DNA from: an uncultured Actinomycetes bacterium
GTDB taxonomy: Bacteria > Actinomycetota > Acidimicrobiia > IMCC26256 > PALSA-610
Reading direction: 5' to 3'
Length of the DNA: 64,000 nucleotides
NCBI GenBank assembly: GCA_963807945.1
Contig: CAWEDT010000010.1
Location: 176,799 to 240,798 of the forward strand
Program-made: the position numbers and the translations under genes
The notes under the pieces: generated by a model
What the model was told of the DNA's origin: nothing
Database searches by the model: none
What the model saw: the letters and a program-made list of their open reading frames with translations, nothing else
In this document: one piece after another, positions 39,666-49,092 of the stretch
How the letters are laid out: each line of letters starts with the position of its first letter
Position numbering within the stretch: the stretch's first letter is position 1

Positions 39666-40083
39666 GTGGCTGCCTTCCTGTCCGACGAGTGGGTCGAGGA
39701 CCTCGCGTCGCGTGCGCGGGCGCGCCCCGGGTTCCGGATCGGACACCGGTCAATCGGATACGAGCCGATTCGTGATCGAACCCGTCGTCACCGGCGTGCC
39801 CGGCCGCGGCGAGGTGCGCTACCGCATCGTGTTCGCCGCGGGGACGTGCGCGGTCGAGGGTGCGTCGGACTTCGGAGAGCCCGCCGACGTGCGGCTCGAG
39901 ACCGACTACGTCACCTCGGTCGCTTTGTCACGCGGGACTGCGAACGCGCAGGCCGCCCTCGCCGACGGTCGGCTGCGGGTGGCAGGTGACGTCGCTCGGT
40001 TGGCCGAACACGCCGCGGCCCTGGGTGCGCTCGACGATCTGTTCGGCGCCCTGCGCTCGGTGACGACCTACCCGGCACCATGA
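39666..40083 (+). CDS. SCP2 sterol-carrier-like domain protein (one frame change near the 5' end)
   Basis: The reading is VAAFLSDEWVEDLASRA... then RFVIEPVVTGVPGRGEVRYRIVFAAGTCAVEGASDFGEPADVRLETDYVTSVALSRGTANAQAALADGRLRVAGDVARLAEHAAALGALDDLFGALRSVT. Confidence 0.6.
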
Positions 40084-40163
40084 CTATCCGTGCCGCTTAC
40101 GGGGCGAAGACTCGGCCGTGAGCGCCGAGTCGTAGTCTGGCGCGGTGAACCGCGGCCGAGCAC

Positions 40164-40979
40164 ATGTGGGGTGAAGTGACCCCGGCCGAGCGCCTCCGGG
40201 CGGTCACCCGCCGCAACGTCGACGAAGACCGGCTCGCGATCGAGGCCGCCGACGCGCTCGAGGGATTCGCGTCGGAGCCGGCGAGCCTCGTGGTCGCGTG
40301 CCGGCGCGTGCTCGCGCATCATCGGGCCCACGGTCCCTTGTGGTGGGTCTGCGCGCGCATCCTCGCCGCGGCCGATCCGCGGGCCGGCGCCCGGGAGTCG
40401 TCACGGCTGCTCGAGACCGACCGCACGCCCGATCGACTCGGCGCAACGCTTCCGCTGCTCGACGAAGATCAGGTCGTGGCCGTGGTCGGTTGGCCCGAGG
40501 CCGTCGACCTCGCGATGATCGAGCGGCTCGATATCGACGCGGTCGCGTTGCGAGTCGACGGCGTGAACCCGGCGTCGGCGCTCCGCCACCGTACGAGTGA
40601 GCGGGGCGTGCGGATCGTCGACCCGTGGGACCCGACGCTCACCGACGTCGTCCGCTTCCTCGTGCAGGCGTCGGCCATCGGTCCCGAACGGTGTCTGGTT
40701 CCCGCGGGCACCGTCGACGCGCTCGACACGCTCGGCTCCGCGGTGCGCGAGGTCTGGGTCATCGGGGGCGTCGGACGAGTGTTGCCGGCTCGCCTCTACG
40801 ACATCGTGCGCGGCGCCGCACTCGAGTCGTTCTCCCCCGACGACGACGCTCCCGTAGAAGAGCTCCCGATCTCCCGGGTCGACTGCATTGCCGGGCCGCG
40901 CGGCGTGCAGCGCGCCTCGGAAGCGGCCGCCCGCAGCGACTGCCCCGTCGTTCCCGAATTGCTCCGCCCGCTCGACTGA
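40164..40979 (+). CDS. hypothetical protein, 271 aa, intact (C-terminal half faintly eIF-2B/ribose-1,5-bisphosphate isomerase-like)
   Basis: Single ORF 40164..40979. It reads ..LVVACRRVLAHHRAHGPLWWVCARIL.. and ..VVRFLVQASAIGPERCLVPAGTVDALDTLGSAVREVWVIGGVGRVLPARLYD... No secure family call. Confidence 0.55.
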   Translation: MWGEVTPAERLRAVTRRNVDEDRLAIEAADALEGFASEPASLVVACRRVLAHHRAHGPLWWVCARILAAADPRAGARESSRLLETDRTPDRLGATLPLLDEDQVVAVVGWPEAVDLAMIERLDIDAVALRVDGVNPASALRHRTSERGVRIVDPWDPTLTDVVRFLVQASAIGPERCLVPAGTVDALDTLGSAVREVWVIGGVGRVLPARLYDIVRGAALESFSPDDDAPVEELPISRVDCIAGPRGVQRASEAAARSDCPVVPELLRPLD

Positions 40980-40994
40980 CGCGGGTCGGTGGCG

Positions 40995-41399
40995 TCAAAC
41001 GTCGATGACGCCGTCGGTGTCACTCGGGCCGATGCGCCGGACCTGACTGCCGAACCGGCGGCGCAGAATCCGGCGGGCGGTGTGGCGGCCCAGCGGGAAC
41101 AGCAACAACAGGCCGAGCGTGTCGGTGACGAATCCCGGAACCACGAGCAGTACACCACCGGCGAACACGAGGGCCGCTTCGATCAGGTCGTTGGTCGGCA
41201 TCGTCTGGTGCGCGAGCTGGTCCTGAATGTGGCGGACGACGCTGAAACCCTCGAGCTTCGCGAGCCAGTAGCCGGCGATCGAGAACAGCACGAGCAATGC
41301 CACGGTGTTGAGCCCGCCGATGTGGTGCGCGACCTGGATCGCGACGCTGATCTCGACGATCGGCAGCACGACGAACAGGAGCGCGAACACGGCAAGCAT
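40995..41399 (-). CDS. fxsA: FxsA family membrane protein (intact)
   Basis: ORF 40995..41399 reads MLAVFALLFVVLPIVEISVAIQVAHHIGGLNTVALLVLFSIAGYWLAKLEG...LLVVPGFVTDTLGLLLLFPLGRHTARRIL. Confidence 0.8.
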   Translation of the reverse strand: MLAVFALLFVVLPIVEISVAIQVAHHIGGLNTVALLVLFSIAGYWLAKLEGFSVVRHIQDQLAHQTMPTNDLIEAALVFAGGVLLVVPGFVTDTLGLLLLFPLGRHTARRILRRRFGSQVRRIGPSDTDGVIDV

Positions 41400-41418
41400 G
41401 ACGCAATGTTACCGACGG

Positions 41419-42177
41419 CTAGAACGGTCCCCCGTCGACTCCGATGCGCTGGCCGGTCAGGTACGACGCGTGTTCCGACACGACGAAGCGCACCGCGTCG
41501 GCGACCTCTTCCGGCGAGCACACGTGGCCGAACGGGCTGCGTTCGTCCATCGTGTGGATGTCCTCCACGCCCATGGCGCCCTTGACCAGGCGGCGACCCA
41601 TCTCCGTGTCGACCAGCCCCGGAGCGACGACGTTGACGTGAATGCCGTTGCGCCGCTCCTCTTTCGCGAGCGTCCACGCCAACGCCTCGAGCCCCGCTTT
41701 GGCCATGTTGTAGGGGGCCGAGTTCGCGGCCATGTACACGACCGCCGCGCTCGAGATCATCACGATGTCGCCGCGCGGACGGGTCCGCATCGACGGCAAC
41801 ACGAGCTTCGAGAGCATCCATGCGCCGAGCGCGTGCGTGCGCCACACCCGCTCCATCTCGGCCGGATCCGTGTCGGCCACGGTCTGCCCGCGGGATGCAA
41901 TGCCCGCGTTGTTGACGAGGATGTCGACCGCGCCGAAATCACTCAGTACCCGAGCCACCATCTGCTCGCAGGCATCGAGGTCATCGATCGACGCGGAGTA
42001 GGCGATCGCGCGCCGGCCGAGGTTCTCGATCTCGGCGACGGTCTCGGCCGCGGCCTCGTCGTTCTTGCGGTAGTTGATCGCGATGTCGGCGCCATCCGCG
42101 GCGAGGCCGAGCGCGATCGCCTTGCCGATCCCCCGCCCGCCGCCGGTTACCAGCGCGACCCGCCCTGCCTGATCCAT
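41419..42177 (-). CDS. SDR-family oxidoreductase (FabG-like) (intact)
   Basis: ORF 41419..42177. Motifs: VALVTGGGRGIGKAIALGLA (TGxxxGxG); NNAGI; SSAAVVYMAANSAPYNMAKAGLE (YxxxK); VNVVAPGLVDTEM. Confidence 0.85.
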   Translation of the reverse strand: MDQAGRVALVTGGGRGIGKAIALGLAADGADIAINYRKNDEAAAETVAEIENLGRRAIAYSASIDDLDACEQMVARVLSDFGAVDILVNNAGIASRGQTVADTDPAEMERVWRTHALGAWMLSKLVLPSMRTRPRGDIVMISSAAVVYMAANSAPYNMAKAGLEALAWTLAKEERRNGIHVNVVAPGLVDTEMGRRLVKGAMGVEDIHTMDERSPFGHVCSPEEVADAVRFVVSEHASYLTGQRIGVDGGPF

Positions 42178-42207
42178 GTGCTCGCTCCTCGTTCCTCGGA
42201 CCGTCGA

Positions 42208-43015
42208 CTATTCGTCAGTGAACACGGCGGGGCGCTTCTCCGAAAACGCCTGCATCGCCTCGACCAGATCGCCGGTGAAGCTCGACAACACCTGCGTGCG
42301 GTTCTCCAGATCGATGCCCGCCTGGAGGCTGCCGATCTCGAGTTGGCTCCACATGACTTCCTTCGTCATGCGCACACCGAACGGGCTGTTGCCCACGATG
42401 AGCGCGGCGGTTTCACGCGCCGACGCGACCGCGTCGCCCGCATCGACGACGCGGGTCACGAGCCCGATGCGGTCGGCTTCGGCCGCATCGATCAGCCGTC
42501 CGGTGAGCAACAACTCGAACGCGCGTGATGCGCCGACGAGGCGCGGGAGTAACCACGACACGCCGATGTCGCATCCCGACAGGCCGATCCTGACGAACGC
42601 GACGTTGAACCGTGCGGTCGCGTCGGCGATCCGAATGTCGCTCGCGAGCGCCAACGCCAATCCGCCGCCCGACGCGGCGCCGTTGACCGCGGAGATGATC
42701 GGCTGCGGCATTGCCCGCATCTTCGGCACGAGCCCGGCGATCATCTTCTGCACCTTCATCCCCGCCTGCGCGCGCCCGAGTCCCTTGGCCGACGGCGGCG
42801 ACGCGCCCTCGGTGAGATCGAGCCCGGCGCAGTAACCGCGCCCGGCGCCGGTCAGGATGATCACGCGACACGTTCGATCCTCGGCGAGCGAGTCGAGCGC
42901 TTCGTGGAGGCCGGAGATCAGCGTCGTAGTTCATCGCGTTGAGCCGCTCGGGCCGGTTCAATGTCAGCTGGGTGACACCCGGCCCGACCGTTTCGACCAA
43001 AACCGCGTCGCTCAC
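42208..43015 (-). CDS. enoyl-CoA hydratase/isomerase (crotonase) family protein (one frame change)
   Basis: GTG 43015 gives VSDAVLVETVGPGVTQLTLNRPERLNAMN. Motifs: VIILTGAGRGYCAGLDL; PIISAVNGAASGGGLALALASDIRIA; GLSGCDIGVSWLLPRLVG; GLVTRVV. The C-terminus is EAMQAFSEKRPAVFTDE*. Confidence 0.85.
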
Positions 43016-43902
43016 TTCGATCCTCTCGACTTTGCCAAGGCCTGCGCCGCGCACCAGCAGGCGCGGCGAGTCGAAGCGTTCACACCACGCGCCGAATGTC
43101 GGCGTCGGTCCTTTCCACTCCCAATCGTCGACGACGCCCACATCGGCGGTCGTGCGCAGCGTCGCGAGATCTTTGAAGCACGCGAGCACGTCACGGCCGG
43201 CGGTCGAGGGTCGCGGCGAGGCGGTCGACGCTGCGCAGTCCGGGGACGTCCCACGCCTTGCCGTCGTCGGGGATCGCCTCGACGTGGTGGTACCGCTCGA
43301 GCAACGCGGCCGCGCTCTTGGCGCCGAATCCGGGCAGGCCGGGAAAGCCGTCGGCCGAGTCTCCGACGAGCGCGAGCCAGTCAGGAATCGACTCCGGCGC
43401 GACGCCGAACTTCGCGTGCACACCGTCGGCGTCGAGAAAGATCTCCTTGCGGCGATCGAGCTGCACGATCTTGCCGCCGACGCATTGGCCCAGATCCTTG
43501 TCGGGCGTGCAGATGATCGCATGCTCGACGCGGGGATCGGCCGCGGCGACGTACGCCGCGCTCGGCGAGCGCGTCGTCGGCTTCGAGGTCGACCATCGCC
43601 CACACGGTGACGCCGAGTGCCTCGAGCGCGTCTTCGAGGAGCGGGAACTGCGCGAAGAGCACGGGATCGATTCCGGAACCGTCCTTGTAGTCGGCCCACA
43701 GATCGTTGCGGAACGACTCGATCACGTGATCGGTGGCGACGCCGAGGTGCGTGGCCCCGCCCTCGAGCATGCCGATCATCGAGCTCACGACGGCTCGGGT
43801 GGCTCCGACCTCCACCCCGTTCTCGTCTTGATGGCCGGGGCGGGGCGCGAGGTACTGGCGAAACAGCTCGTAGGTGCCGTCGACGAGGTGCACCTGCATC
43901 AT
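43012..43902 (-). CDS. 5'-3' exonuclease / FEN-like nuclease (PIN plus H3TH domains) (frame-disrupted)
   Basis: Motifs: MMQVHLVDGTYELFRQYL; HLGVATDHVIESFRNDLWADYK; VDLEADDALA; ICTPDKDLGQCV; PESIPDWLALVGDSADGFPGLPGFGAKSAAALLERY (H3TH). The stop 43012-43014 overlaps GTG 43015 (GTGA). Confidence 0.8.
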
Positions 43903-44003
43903 CCGAGCCTGGCACAGATGTGGCTTCCGTCACAGATGCTCACGGAGAGTGGTCATTCATCCGACAACCTGTCCATCGAAAGCTGCCCACCGAAGGGAGG
44001 CAC

Positions 44004-44543
44004 GTGGCGGCGGAATCGGTGCCGGAAAATCTGCCCGAGGTATGGAATCCACCGCCGGGAGTGCAACGCGCCGCGCTCGCGTTCAGCGCGATGCCGACCC
44101 GCGCCGCCCTGAACATCTCCTCTCGCCTCACGCTCGTCGAACGGAGCCAACTCCGCGAGGGGCTCTCCCGCATCCACGAGATCGGTGAGCAGGAACGTCG
44201 CGAGGCGGTCGACGCGCTGGTTCGCGCGGTCCACGCCGGCGTCGGGTTTCCCTCGCCCGCCGCGCACGACGAGGCCAAGTGCCCGTTCCGGCGCGTCGAG
44301 TCGACGCCCGCGGCCGAAGTGGCCTCCGTGCTCGGGTCGTCGCGCGCTCACGCAGCCGTTGATCGCGGCGACCGCGTTGTGTCATCTCCGCGCGCGTCGT
44401 ACCGATCGGAGGTTTGGGGTCAGCTCGGTTCGGCCGAACGCGCCGCGATCCGGCCGACGCTCTCGCAGATCCCGACGCTGTCGCCGACCCGAACCGCGAT
44501 GTACGCGCTGGATCTACGCGACCGGATCGCGCATCGTCGCTGA
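44004..44543 (+). CDS. hypothetical protein
   Basis: GTG 44004 follows GGGAGG, within ORF 43617..44543. The reading is VAAESVPENLPEVWNPPPGVQRAALAFSAMPTRAALNISSRLTLVERSQLREGLSRIHEIGEQERREAVDALVRAVHAGVGFP... The second half is less protein-like and may hide an indel. Confidence 0.35.
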   Translation: MAAESVPENLPEVWNPPPGVQRAALAFSAMPTRAALNISSRLTLVERSQLREGLSRIHEIGEQERREAVDALVRAVHAGVGFPSPAAHDEAKCPFRRVESTPAAEVASVLGSSRAHAAVDRGDRVVSSPRASYRSEVWGQLGSAERAAIRPTLSQIPTLSPTRTAMYALDLRDRIAHRR

Positions 44544-44593
44544 CGCAACAGCTCGATCCGTCGGGTCCGAGCAGATGCTCGCCGATCCGTTCG

Positions 44594-45495
44594 TCAACCT
44601 GCGTGTTCGCGACGTTGGTAGTGGGCACCGGCGCGCGCACGGAAAGCGCGAGCTGTTGCACGCCGCCGAACACCAGGACCGCGCCGAACACGTGAAAGCC
44701 CACGAGTACCGCGGGAATCGCCTCGAAGTACTGGACGTAGCCGAGGATGCCTTGCGCGACCATCGCCGCCAGCGCGAGTGACGCGGTCGCGAGCACGGTG
44801 CGAGGGGCGCGTGTGCGTACGAGCAGCCACACCGTGATGAGGGTGATGACGACGAGCAGGTCGACCAGCGTTCCGTGCACGCGCGCGAGGTCGACGATCG
44901 GCCAGGTGAGGCGGCGGGCATCTCGATCGCCACCGTGCGGACCGGCCGCAGTAACGAACGTGCCCACGATGACGACCACGATCGTCCACACGTACACGAC
45001 GCCGACTGCTCGCAACGCGATCGGGGCGACGATCGGCCGGCGCGGTCCTTCCGGTTCTCGCGCGGTGGCGCATCTGCATCGCGACGCTCACGAGCGCGAG
45101 CGCGAGGAGGAAGTGGCTCATCACGCTGAACCACGCCAGCTTCACCATCACCGAGATGCCGCCGAGGATCGCTTCGCACCAGAACAATCCGAACAGGATC
45201 CAGGCGAGTCGCACGAGATCGCGGCGCCGGGCCGGAGTTGGTACGCGCCGATCAACGCGAGCGCGATCGGGATGCCGATCGCCCCGGAGAAGAGGCGGTT
45301 CAGCTGTTCGATCGCGGCGTGATGCGTCGACACGTTGACGAACTGATCGGCGCTGCAGTTCGGCCAGTCGCGGCATCCGAGCCCCGAGTTGGTCAGCCTC
45401 ACGACCGCGCCGCTCACGATGATCGCGACGAGGAGCACGAGATTCACCGTGGTGAGACGGCGGAAGCCGCCTGACGACAGGCGGGGTACGCGCAT
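44594..45495 (-). CDS. ctaA: heme A synthase (COX15/CtaA) (frame-disrupted; 3' end uncertain)
   Basis: Motifs: FRRLTTVNLVLLVAIIVSGAVVRLTNSGLGCRDWPNC; HHAAIEQLNRLFSG; RRDLVRLAWILFGLFWCEAILGGISVMVKLAWFSVMSHFLLALALV; VVYVWTIVVVIVGTFVTAAGPHGGD; VHGTLVDLLVVITLITVWLL; GILGYVQYFEAIPAVLVGFHVFGAVLVF. Confidence 0.85.
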
Positions 45496-45573
45496 TGACC
45501 GGAGTCTACGGAGGGGTGGTCACGCGGTCGTATCGACCCGAGTCGTTCCCTGGTCTTGCGGAACACGGCGACG

Positions 45574-46494
45574 ATGCGGTCGACTGACGGCGTGACTCCT
45601 GCACCGGCATACGACGAGTTCGGTTTGTTCCACGAGAACGCGGAGGAGTTCGGTATCCCGTTCGACTCGCCGCCGATCGTCAGCCGGGTGTCGGTCCCCA
45701 TCGACGCCGGCTACGAGTCAGCGCGCTGCAATGGGGATCCGGAGCGCCGGAGATCGTGTTGCTTCACGGCGGCGCCCAGAACGCGCACACCTGGGACACG
45801 GTCGCGCTGGCCTTGGACCGACCGCTGGTCGCGATCGACCTCCCCGGGCACGGTCACTCGGGCCATCGCGAAGATCACGCCTACTGGCCCGCGGAGAACG
45901 CGGCCGCGGTCGAGACCGCCGTGCGCAAGCTCGCACCCGACGCGGCGATGGTCGTCGGCATGTCGCTCGGTGGGCTCACTGCGCTCGCGCTCGCCGACCG
46001 CGCGCCCGACCTCGTTCGCCAGTTGGTGCTCGTCGATGTCACGCCCGGCGTCAACCGCGAGAAGTCCGTGCGATCGCGCAGTTCATCGACGGGCCCGAGT
46101 ACTTCACTTCCTTCGACGAGATCCTCGAGCGCACCGTCGCGTTCAACCCGACGCGCAGTGAGTCGTCGCTGCGACGCGGGATCCTGCACAACGCGATCGA
46201 AGCCCCGATGGTCGCTGGCGCTGGCGCTACGACCTGCCCCGGCGCGGCAGCGGCGAAGGCGACAGCGGTCAGGTGATGCCGGGACTCGATGCGCTTTGGG
46301 ACGCGGTGTCGAACCTGTCGATGCCGCTCACGCTCGTCCGCGGCAGTCTTTCGCCGGTCGTCGACGACGACGACGTGGCCGAGTTGCTGCGGCGCCGTCC
46401 CGACGCGGTGGTCGAGGTCGTGCAAGACGCCGGCCACAGCGTGCAAGGTGACAAGCCCTTGGAGCTCGCCCAGTTGCTCGCCGATCGGCTCTGA
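45574..46494 (+). CDS. alpha/beta-fold hydrolase (frame-disrupted)
   Basis: Motifs: PEIVLLHGGAQNAHTWDTVALALDRPLVAIDLPGHGHS; MVVGMSLGGLTALALA (GxSxG); LVLVDVTPG; MPLTLVRGSLSPVVDDDDVAELLRRRPDAVVEVVQDAGHSVQGDKPLELAQLLADRL*. Confidence 0.8.
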
Positions 46495-46497
46495 CCG

Positions 46498-47197
46498 GTG
46501 CTGCCCGCGTTGCCCGAAAAGTTCTCGGAAACGCGTGATGCATTGCACGCGCTCGCCGAGCACGTGGTAGCGGAGGCGTACTTCCTGTCGACGAAGCACA
46601 TCGGTCTACGCCCGACGCCGCGCGGGTTCGGCACGCCGGTGTTCGGCGATCGCGAGCGCGTGCGCGTCGACGGGACCGCGCTCGTGCACGAACGGGGCGG
46701 GTCGGAACAGCGAACTGAGATCACGACGTTGCCGCGCCGCCGCCGCGTTCCTCGAGATTCCGCTCGGCGCTCCCGACGTCTACACACCGGCAACCCCGCT
46801 CGATCCCGACGCGTCGCTCCCGATCGACCACGACGCCGCCCTCGCGCTGGGCGACTGGTACGCACTCGGGAGCGCGCTCCTGGCCGATCTGCGCGCCGAT
46901 CAGCCGGAGCTGCCGTCGACCGAATCGCAGATCTGGCCCGAGCACTTCGACCTCGCGTGCGAGCTGGGCGACGAGGGAGCCGGGAGTCGGGCCAACTACG
47001 GCGCGTCGCCGGGCGACGCCGGCATCCCCGAGCCGTACCTCTACGTGGGACCGTGGGACGCGGGCCGCCGGACCGGCCTGCTCGCCCGCTATCCGTTCGG
47101 CGGGGCGCTCACCTATTCCGAGATGCGCGCCGCGGGCGAAGCGGGCACGGCCGGCCGCCAGTTCTTCGACGAAGCGCTTGCTCTCCTCACCGATTGA
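46498..47197 (+). CDS. conserved-looking hypothetical protein (one or two frame changes)
   Basis: GTG 46498 gives VLPALPEKFSETRDALHALAEHVVAEAYFLSTKHIGLRPTPRGFGTPVFGDRERVRVDG. Further on: FLEIPLGAPDVYTPATPLDPDASLPIDHDAALALGDWYALGSALLADL; SQIWPEHFDLACELG; PEPYLYVGPW. The C-terminus is RQFFDEALALLTD*. Confidence 0.5.
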
Positions 47198-47219
47198 ATC
47201 CTGGCGTACGCTGGCGACC

Positions 47220-47769
47220 ATGGCGACGACATTCACCCGCATGGATCACTCGACCGCCGAGCAGTGGGCGGTCATCGGTAAAGAGACCTTCGAGAACCAA
47301 GGTCGGGTTGCCGAGAACGCGGCTCGGCATGCTGCGGTCACTGGCCGACATCACCGACGGCTTCGCGGTCGACCAGCTCACGCACTCACTCCAGGCCGCG
47401 ACCTTGGCCGAACGGGGTGGCGCCGACGAGGAGATGGTCTTCGCGTCGCTGCTCCACGACATCGGCAAAGCGGTCAGCGTGCCGAACCACCCCGAGATCG
47501 CGGCCGCGATCATCAAGCCGTACGTGCGTGAAGACGTGTACCACGTGATCCGCGCCCACCAGGATTTCCAGGGCCGGCACTACTACCACCACTTCGGTGG
47601 CGACCCGAACGCGCGAGCGCAGTACGAAGGTGCGCCGTGGTTCGATCTCGCCGCGCAGTTCGCCGACGAGTGGGATCAGACTGCGTTCGATCCCGACTAC
47701 GACACGCTGAAGCTCGACCACTTCGAGCCTCTGGTGCGCGAGCGGATGGCCCGAGGCAAGCTCGTCTAA
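47220..47769 (+). CDS. HD-domain metal-dependent phosphohydrolase (one frame change)
   Basis: The reading is MATTFTRMDHSTAEQWAVIGKETFENQGRVAE / LGMLRSLADITDGFAVDQLTHSLQAATLAERGGADEEMVFASLLHDIGKAV...HVIRAHQDFQGRHYYHHFG...DYDTLKLDHFEPLVRERMARGKLV*. Confidence 0.75.
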
Positions 47770-48041
47770 CGCTTGGGTTTGCGCCGCGGCTCGCCGCCGT
47801 CGCGCTTGTACCGCAGCGCCGCCTTGGCGTGACGGAGCTCCACCGGCCGCGGATCGAGCGGCGTCCCGTCACGCGGGAACACCACGGGTTCAGGGAACGA
47901 CGCGCGCGGAACCGACGGCGTGTTCTCCCGCTCGGTCGCGTTGCTCCCGCTGCGGTTGCCGTACTGCGTCGAATCGGAAACCGTCACCTGGACTCCGCCC
48001 AGGCTCCGGGCCCCGACCGGTTGTACCCCGGTCACTTCCAT
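47766..48041 (-). CDS. possible small basic protein, 91 aa
   Basis: ATG 48041 lies inside ORF 47766..48164. The reading is MEVTGVQPVGARSLGGVQVTVSDSTQYGNRSGSNATERENTPSVPRASFPEPVVFPRDGTPLDPRPVELRHAKAALRYKRDGGEPRRKPKR*. Third-position GC is high, as in coding sequence. No family recognised. Confidence 0.4.
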   Translation of the reverse strand: MEVTGVQPVGARSLGGVQVTVSDSTQYGNRSGSNATERENTPSVPRASFPEPVVFPRDGTPLDPRPVELRHAKAALRYKRDGGEPRRKPKR

Positions 48042-48120
48042 AGGCCCTCTCGGGCCCGCCACATGAGATGTCGGGCCCAATCCAACCCCCCTTGAGCGTT
48101 TCCCGGACCCCTCCTCACCA

Positions 48121-48234
48121 GGTGATTGGGCGCTGGTGCGCGCCGGCGACACACAAACGCCCAATCACATTGGGCGCGGGTGCGCGTGGGGCGACATATC
48201 AACGCCCAATCAGATTGGGCGCTGGCGCGCGGGT
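48121..48234. repeat. 2.5 copies of a 44-45 bp tandem repeat containing two perfect 19-bp palindromes (candidate operator array or REP-like element)
   Basis: ATTGGGCG recurs at 48125, 48169 and 48214. CGCCCAATCACATTGGGCG (48158-48176) and CGCCCAATCAGATTGGGCG (48203-48221) each have 8-bp perfect arms around a 3-nt centre. They are followed by C[G/T]GG[T/C]GCGCG. The array lies between divergent genes starting at 48041 (-) and 48301 (+). Confidence 0.85.
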
Positions 48235-48300
48235 TGGCCTTGGTTGGGGGGCATCTGTCAGCCTGCGTGACGTCCGTCAACTGGATCAGAGAGGTCCCGA

Positions 48301-49092
48301 ATGCTGCTCGAGGGCAAGGTTGCGATCGTGTCGGGGGTCGGCCCGGGGTTGGGGCAGGCCAATGCCCGGGCGCTGGCCCGGGAAGGGGCGACGGTCGTGC
48401 TCGCGGCCCGCAACGCCGACTACCTGGCCGAGGTCCAGGCCGGCATCGAGGCCGCCGGCGGACACGCGCTCGCCGTCCCCACCAACCTCGTCGAGCCCGA
48501 CCAAGTCGCGGCGCTCGTCGCCCGCACCGTCGACTCCTACGGGCGGCTCGACATCCTGGTCAACAACGCGTTCCGCATGGACGTGATGCAGCCGTTCGAC
48601 GCGGTCGATCTCGTGAAGTGGCGCAAGATCTTCGAGGTCAACGTGTGGGGTGCGCTCGGCCTCACGCAGGCGTGTGTCCCCCACCTTGCAACCGCGGCCG
48701 CCGACCACGGCGACGCGTCGATCGTGTTCATCATCTCGATGAGCATGCGCAAGATCCGCGCGCTCGAGGGCGGCTACTCCGCGTCGAAGGCAGCCATTCA
48801 AACCGCGGCGAAGACGATGGCGGTCGAGCTCGGCCCGCAGCACGTTCGGGTCAACTGCGTCGCGCCGGGTTGGATCGGCGGGCCCAACGTCGAGACCTTC
48901 ATCCAGATGGATGCCGCGGGTCGCAACGTGTCGCCCGACGTCGTACGGGGCGAGATCGAAGCGCGGATCCCGCTCGACATCATCCCGCCCCAGGACGACA
49001 TCGCGAACTCCGTCGTGTTCTTCGCGTCGCCGTGGTCGCGTGTCGTCACCGGCCAGACACTCGACGTCAACGGCGGTGAGTGGATTGGCTGA
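48301..49092 (+). CDS. SDR-family oxidoreductase (intact)
   Basis: ORF 48301..49092. Motifs: KVAIVSGVGPGLGQANARALAREGA; VNNAF; SMSMRKIRALEGGYSASKAAIQ (YxxxK); VNCVAPGWIGG; GQTLDVNGGEW. Confidence 0.85.
   Translation: MLLEGKVAIVSGVGPGLGQANARALAREGATVVLAARNADYLAEVQAGIEAAGGHALAVPTNLVEPDQVAALVARTVDSYGRLDILVNNAFRMDVMQPFDAVDLVKWRKIFEVNVWGALGLTQACVPHLATAAADHGDASIVFIISMSMRKIRALEGGYSASKAAIQTAAKTMAVELGPQHVRVNCVAPGWIGGPNVETFIQMDAAGRNVSPDVVRGEIEARIPLDIIPPQDDIANSVVFFASPWSRVVTGQTLDVNGGEWIG

Noticed and set aside
48121-48234. The 44-45 bp repeats as a small CRISPR array.
   Set aside because: There are only 2.5 directly abutting copies and no unique spacers between them. No cas genes are in the window. The palindromes sit in a promoter-like spacer.
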